Source: Candidatus Latescibacterota bacterium (GTDB lineage Bacteria > Latescibacterota > UBA2968 > UBA8231). Taken from it: a stretch of 64,000 bases of DNA. The stretch lies in assembly GCA_965208105.1 (NCBI GenBank), contig OZ242318.1, positions 2,112,001 through 2,176,000 of the forward strand, given 5' to 3'. The first letter of the stretch is position 1. The number at the start of each line of letters is the position of its first letter. The position numbers were made by a program, and so were the translations under genes. This document shows, piece after piece, positions 59,241 through 64,000 of this stretch. The notes under the pieces are model-generated. The model saw only the letters and a list, made by a program, of their open reading frames with translations, was not told where the DNA came from and searched no databases.

Positions 59241-60053
59241 CTACTTTCCTTCGAATCGCCGGCGGTCCTCCTCCCCGCACTCCGCGGAAAGGGAAAAGCG
59301 AATCGGGGTCATGGCCACCTCACCGCGCTCGAGGGCGGCGATGTCGCCTGGCGTTTCGCATTTCCGGGTCCGCAATTCGACACCACCGTGTTCAACGTAT
59401 CCCGAGCCTTCGTCGAAATCGAAAAACGATCCGTACTCCGTCGGCGTCAATGCAGCGAAGCGCCTGGTCGTATCGGGCGTTGTATGGGGGGGCATGTTCA
59501 CGCTCAACAACGAAACCCCTTGAGGCAGACCCCCTCGGAGAACCTCTTCCACGATCTCGCGGGTCACGAAGGAAGCATTGCGCCACAAGACCTCCAGGGA
59601 CCGGCTCACCTTCCTGTGTCTCCACCACCTTGCGTAATCTTCGGGCCGCAACTGGGCGGAGAACGCGGCGGCGGGCAAACCGCTGAGGACGCCCTCGATG
59701 GCCGCTCCAACCGTGCCCGAACTCAAAAAGTAAGCCAATCCCGCGTTGGCCCCGATGTTTATGCCCGAGACCACCATCGCCGGCCGGGTATCGAACAGGT
59801 TGTGGACCCCCACATTGACGCAATCCGCCGGATATCCATCCAGGGTCCAGACCTGGAAGCCGCCGCATTCCACTTCGCGGAGCTCGAGCCTGGAAACCCT
59901 GCTCAGGATCTTTCCTGTCCAGCTGCACTCACCTGCAGGCACAACCGCCCTCACCTCCACCTTGGAGGAGAATTCCCGCAACAAGGGGACCAGGGCCGGA
60001 GAATCCACCCCGTCGTCATTGGTCAGCAAAACCCATGGTTCTGATGCAGCCAC
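59241..60053 (-). CDS. surE: 5'/3'-nucleotidase SurE
   Basis: LLTNDDG, GYPADCV, VVSGINIGAN, SGTVGAA.EG. Confidence 0.93.
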   Translation of the reverse strand: MAASEPWVLLTNDDGVDSPALVPLLREFSSKVEVRAVVPAGECSWTGKILSRVSRLELREVECGGFQVWTLDGYPADCVNVGVHNLFDTRPAMVVSGINIGANAGLAYFLSSGTVGAAIEGVLSGLPAAAFSAQLRPEDYARWWRHRKVSRSLEVLWRNASFVTREIVEEVLRGGLPQGVSLLSVNMPPHTTPDTTRRFAALTPTEYGSFFDFDEGSGYVEHGGVELRTRKCETPGDIAALERGEVAMTPIRFSLSAECGEEDRRRFEGK

Positions 60054-60193
60054 GGCCTTACCTCAAAATCTTCCCATGGAAGATTTTCTTGTAACATCGA
60101 AATTTCAGAGGGAAAGCAATCCAGTGAAAATAATAATATATCCGTATAATAATATACCCGTGCACAAACAGCCGATTTAATTATTTTTGTAAG

Positions 60194-60466
60194 GTGGACC
60201 AGGTAGCCATTCTGCAAGAACTCGAGACCCTGGCGGCAGATCTCGCCGTGGAAATTCGCTACGAAGAACTGGATGGCCGCGGCGGCTTGTGCAGGTACGG
60301 GGATAAAACCTGCATAATTGCCAACCGCGCGCTGCAAGTATCCGAACGCGTCCACCTGCTCAGCAAGGAACTTTCCCGTTTTCCCCTTGACGACATATTC
60401 ATCCGGCCGCGCATCCGCGAACTCCTCGAGGACCGTGTTCCCGGACCTGCGTCCGGACTTATATAA
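60194..60466 (+). CDS. Conserved hypothetical protein
   Basis: IRYE....GGLC...L..FPLDDIFIRPRIRELL. Confidence 0.75.
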   Translation: MDQVAILQELETLAADLAVEIRYEELDGRGGLCRYGDKTCIIANRALQVSERVHLLSKELSRFPLDDIFIRPRIRELLEDRVPGPASGLI

Positions 60467-60574
60467 CTCCTTGACAATATTGGAATTTTATTGTATTTAG
60501 GAGAAGCCCCCACGCCCGTCCCCTTCCCAATTTGTTCTCCGGTTACCTGGTTTTCAGAGAGGGAGGACTGTTTT

Positions 60575-63500
60575 ATGGTTTTTCGCGCCACCGCTCTGTT
60601 CCTTGTCCTCGGCTTCCTCGTGGTGGTACCCGCCCAGGCGCTGCGCTTCTATGTCGACGGCAGCCCCGCTCTCAACGATACTACTCCCCCCAAGGGGGAC
60701 GATCGTCGAAGCGTGCAGAGCGCGCAAAATGACTCCACCCCTTTCCGCACCATCGCCCATGCCCTTCGGGTTGCCCATCTGGTCAAGGAAGGACGCCCCC
60801 ACGTCATCTCCGTCGAGCGCGGCACCTATTCGCCCAGCCGGGGAGAGGTCTTTCCCCTGGTTTTCACCGAGCCCGATATCTACATAAGCACCAGGGGGCT
60901 GACCATATTCGACGCAGAGGGAAAGTCCAACTTCTTCCACCTCACCGGCTCGACCTCGGACTTCGTCATCTCGGGCATCAACTTCATCAACGGCCGCGCT
61001 CCACAGGGGGGTGCGATTTATGCAAGGTCCTGCTCCTTGCGCGTCGTCGACAGCCGCTTCTTCAACAACCAGGCAACCCGGAACGGCCACGTCGTCTACG
61101 TAAGAAACGGCAGACTCAAATTCATCAACAATGTCGTGCGCAACAGCGGCAGTTCCACGGAATCAATCGGCGTCATCGAAACCCACAATGTCTTCCCCGA
61201 CACGGTCAACCGGGACGAAATTCGCAACAATACCTTTTACCGGAACCCCTCGCCGAACATCCGCAGTTCCAGCACCAGGACCGACATCAACAGCAATATT
61301 TTTCTGGGTGAGGCCACCCTCCTGGACGCCGCCTCCGAAGCAGATCCAATGGTGCGCTACAACCTTTTCTGGGAAACCGATGTCCTCTACATCTCCGACA
61401 AAGGCGACACCATAGGGGTTCATCGCACCGTTTTCGACACTCTGGCCTTTACGGAGGTCGGGATTTCCGTACCCCCGTTCATGACCAATTCCCCGCCCGT
61501 CAAGAAGCTGACTTCAGTCGGGGACACTCTAACCTTCGAAGAGCTCGGGATAATGATTCCGCCCCGGGTGACCAACATTCCCGACACCCTGGCCACGGTG
61601 GGACAGCTCTACACCCATACCATCGAGGTCGAGGGCGACCCCTCCGAGTTCTCCTTCGAATCGCTCACCCTGCCCCCCGGTGCCTCCACCACGGGTCTGC
61701 GCAGCATCGAGTGGAGACCCACATTCAACGACACGGGCAGCCACGCGGTGGTGGTCGAGATCGAGGATCCGGAAGGAAGAGTCGATTCCCTCGACTATTA
61801 CATCACCGTTTACAGCGGCCAGAACTTTCCCGACACCACCGATTTTCTCGCCGTCAGAGACGCCACCGGCAGAATCGTCGGCCAGGCCATAGCGACGACC
61901 AAGGTCGAAGTTCCGATCACCGTGGGGGATCTCCATTCCTTCCGCATCGAGGTGGAGGGCAACCGATCCGCCTACCACTTCCACCCCCTTGTTTTCCCCA
62001 TTGGCACCTCCACTGAAGATGTGGAAAATCTGGGCGAGATCCACTGGACACCGACGATTGCCGACACGGGCAGCAACCAGGTCAGGGTCGAGATTATCGA
62101 TCCAACCGGAGATCTTGGCTACCTCAATTACAATATCAGCGTTTTTACTCCGGAAAGCTTCCCGGACACAACGGCCAAAGGTCCTGTCTTCAGATCCACG
62201 GCGGTCAGGGACACCACGGCTGCGATCGAGGCGCTCAACGCCCTTATCCCCAGTTTTTCGAAGCCGGACAGCGCCATGGGCAACCTGTTCGCCGATCCCG
62301 CCTTCCTCGACACCACCATCAACCGCTTCGAGCTGCTGAACCATTCACCTGCCCGCCACGCGGGCGATCCGGCCACTCATCTTGACAATAGATTCGGCGG
62401 CCGCAACCACATCGGCTCGGAGGGAGGACCGGTGAATCCCGGTTCCCGCCATCCAGGCACCTTTCTTGAACTTGACATCGTCAACGTGCCTGACAGTCTC
62501 GCGGTGGAGGGGCAGGCCTACGGATATGACCCCATTCTGGATCCAGGCGCCAAGATCAGTCTGGTCGATCTGCTCCAGGGGCCTCCCTCCATGTTCGAGG
62601 CTTTCGGGAAACTGCCTCCCATCACCTGGACTCCTACCCTTGCCGATACCGGTACTTATCTGGTAGGAGTCAAAGTATTCACCAATTCCGGCCAGGGCCG
62701 GCAATACTATCCCCTGCGTGTCAGGCCTCTCAACGCAAGTCCGGTCGTCACCAGTGTGCCGGCGCCTGTCGCCTTCGAGGATTCCCTGTATTCATACTCA
62801 GTGGCAGCTACGGACGAGGACGGCGACGCCATTACCTTCAGCCTGACCAGCGGGCCCGAGGGGATGAAGGTGGACAGCCGGACGGGCCTGCTCCAATGGA
62901 CCCCGACCCAAAGCGATGTCGGCAGCATTTCAATTCGGATAAAGGTCGACGATGGAAAAGGGGGTACTTCCCACCAGCAGTTCACCCTGGAGGTGCTCGA
63001 TACCAACGATCCACCTCTGATCACCAGCACTCCCGACAGCACCGCAACGGAGGACTCACCCTATCAGTATGTTCTTGAAGCAACAGACCCGGACCCGGCG
63101 GATACCTTGTCCTACAGCCTGGTGTCAGGACCGAGCAAAATCAGCATAGATTCGCTCGGAGTCATGCGCTGGACTCCGCCGCAGTCCGATGTGGGAACTC
63201 AGACCATCACCTTGCGGGTTTCCGACCGCAGGGGGGGGACTGCAGATCAAAATTTCAGAGTGGTAGTCTCCCAGGTGGACGATCCTCCCGAAATTGTCAG
63301 CCAACCCGGTACCACGGCAACGGAAGATGTCCTCTACCGCTATGACCTTCTGGCCAACGACGAAGAAGGGGGTACCCTCACCTACGTCCTCAGTGTGGCT
63401 CCCGAGGACATGCGCATCGACACCACCGGAGGTGTGGAGTGGACCCCCACTGCTGCCGACACCGGGCTGCACGCCATCCGCATCGAAGTGGCAGATCCGG

Positions 63501-64000
63501 CCGGACAGACCGCCGTCCAGAGCTTCGACCTTCGCGTTCTCTGGGTCAATGATCCACCCCTGATCGTCAGCCGCAGTCCAGGCGATTCCATTCTCGTAAC
63601 CGACCCCGGCGCAGAAGCGGACTTTGTCGTCTCGGTCAGCGATGAAGAGGGCGATCCTCTGACCTACACCTGGACCCTGAACAATGTCCCGCAGCAGGGG
63701 ACATCGGACACGAGCCTGACCTTTCAACCCAGTACGACCGGGGTGGACACCCTGACCTTCCTGGCCGCAGACCCCTCCGGCACCACCGCGGTCTCCTGGT
63801 TTGTCGACGCCCGCAGGATCCCGAGAATCTACCTGCCTACCGAAACTGTCCGTTTCGGCGATGTAGCCCTCTCGGACACGGTCAAGGTGGCGCTCGAGAT
63901 CACCAACAGCGGCCATCTCGATCTCGAAATCACCAGCCTCCAGGTAGGCAATCTGCAATTCGTCGCTACCTTTGGCACCAGCGTGATTTCTCCGGGGACC
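60575..64000 (+). CDS. Giant surface protein (DUF1565/beta-helix plus He_PIG/cadherin-like Ig repeats), runs off the window
   Basis: GGAGG RBS; MVFRATALFLVLG signal; PFRTIAHAL; repeated A.D.DGD...F.L..GP.GM.......WTP units. Confidence 0.85.
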   Translation, partial: MVFRATALFLVLGFLVVVPAQALRFYVDGSPALNDTTPPKGDDRRSVQSAQNDSTPFRTIAHALRVAHLVKEGRPHVISVERGTYSPSRGEVFPLVFTEPDIYISTRGLTIFDAEGKSNFFHLTGSTSDFVISGINFINGRAPQGGAIYARSCSLRVVDSRFFNNQATRNGHVVYVRNGRLKFINNVVRNSGSSTESIGVIETHNVFPDTVNRDEIRNNTFYRNPSPNIRSSSTRTDINSNIFLGEATLLDAASEADPMVRYNLFWETDVLYISDKGDTIGVHRTVFDTLAFTEVGISVPPFMTNSPPVKKLTSVGDTLTFEELGIMIPPRVTNIPDTLATVGQLYTHTIEVEGDPSEFSFESLTLPPGASTTGLRSIEWRPTFNDTGSHAVVVEIEDPEGRVDSLDYYITVYSGQNFPDTTDFLAVRDATGRIVGQAIATTKVEVPITVGDLHSFRIEVEGNRSAYHFHPLVFPIGTSTEDVENLGEIHWTPTIADTGSNQVRVEIIDPTGDLGYLNYNISVFTPESFPDTTAKGPVFRSTAVRDTTAAIEALNALIPSFSKPDSAMGNLFADPAFLDTTINRFELLNHSPARHAGDPATHLDNRFGGRNHIGSEGGPVNPGSRHPGTFLELDIVNVPDSLAVEGQAYGYDPILDPGAKISLVDLLQGPPSMFEAFGKLPPITWTPTLADTGTYLVGVKVFTNSGQGRQYYPLRVRPLNASPVVTSVPAPVAFEDSLYSYSVAATDEDGDAITFSLTSGPEGMKVDSRTGLLQWTPTQSDVGSISIRIKVDDGKGGTSHQQFTLEVLDTNDPPLITSTPDSTATEDSPYQYVLEATDPDPADTLSYSLVSGPSKISIDSLGVMRWTPPQSDVGTQTITLRVSDRRGGTADQNFRVVVSQVDDPPEIVSQPGTTATEDVLYRYDLLANDEEGGTLTYVLSVAPEDMRIDTTGGVEWTPTAADTGLHAIRIEVADPAGQTAVQSFDLRVLWVNDPPLIVSRSPGDSILVTDPGAEADFVVSVSDEEGDPLTYTWTLNNVPQQGTSDTSLTFQPSTTGVDTLTFLAADPSGTTAVSWFVDARRIPRIYLPTETVRFGDVALSDTVKVALEITNSGHLDLEITSLQVGNLQFVATFGTSVISPGT

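Noticed and set aside
37435-64000. Long antisense or alternate-frame ORFs over core genes (e.g. 40038..41024, 44803..45855, 52036..52908)
   Set aside because: Shadow ORFs typical of high-GC DNA, overlapping well-supported genes.
1-64000. CRISPR array, cas genes, rRNA, reverse transcriptase
   Set aside because: No regularly spaced repeat-spacer array and no recognisable cas, RT or rRNA signatures seen.

Overview
This is a GC-rich bacterial chromosome window. Its gene content (secreted proteins with an FlgD/T9SS-type C-terminal domain, C-terminal SWGxxK tails, WD40/LRR proteins) resembles Latescibacterota/Poribacteria-like FCB relatives; the taxonomy is inference only. It falls into four blocks. 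(1) 1-14.9 kb is a co-oriented plus-strand array of accessory secreted and outer-membrane protein genes. It includes a nuclease cassette bounded by IS1-type inverted repeats, a fused type IIG restriction-modification gene and a stand-alone McrB-N-like gene. (2) 15.1-23.6 kb is a decaying phage/ICE-like early operon on the minus strand. It carries three CxxxxCP paralogs, a Rieske-type protein and two related hammerhead-ribozyme-like RNA elements, and ends at an integrase stub plus att copy. (3) 23.6-37.3 kb is a P4-type-integrase island at tRNA-Leu(TAA), full of IS remnants (IS91, IS1 with a toxin-antitoxin passenger, IS701, IS5, IS3, IS110, IS1595). (4) 37.3-64 kb is core genome: tRNA-Leu/Cys, thyA, pheA, hslUV, xerC-like, topA, map, nrdJ/nrdR, tonB-exbBD, ECF sigma/anti-sigma, accD, surE and the start of a giant surface protein. 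The strongest leads are the ribozyme-like pair in the early operon, the shared SWGxxK C-terminal tag, the IS1-ended nuclease cassette, and a full-length XerC that lacks its catalytic Tyr and other active-site residues. All family assignments are by eye, without database searches.
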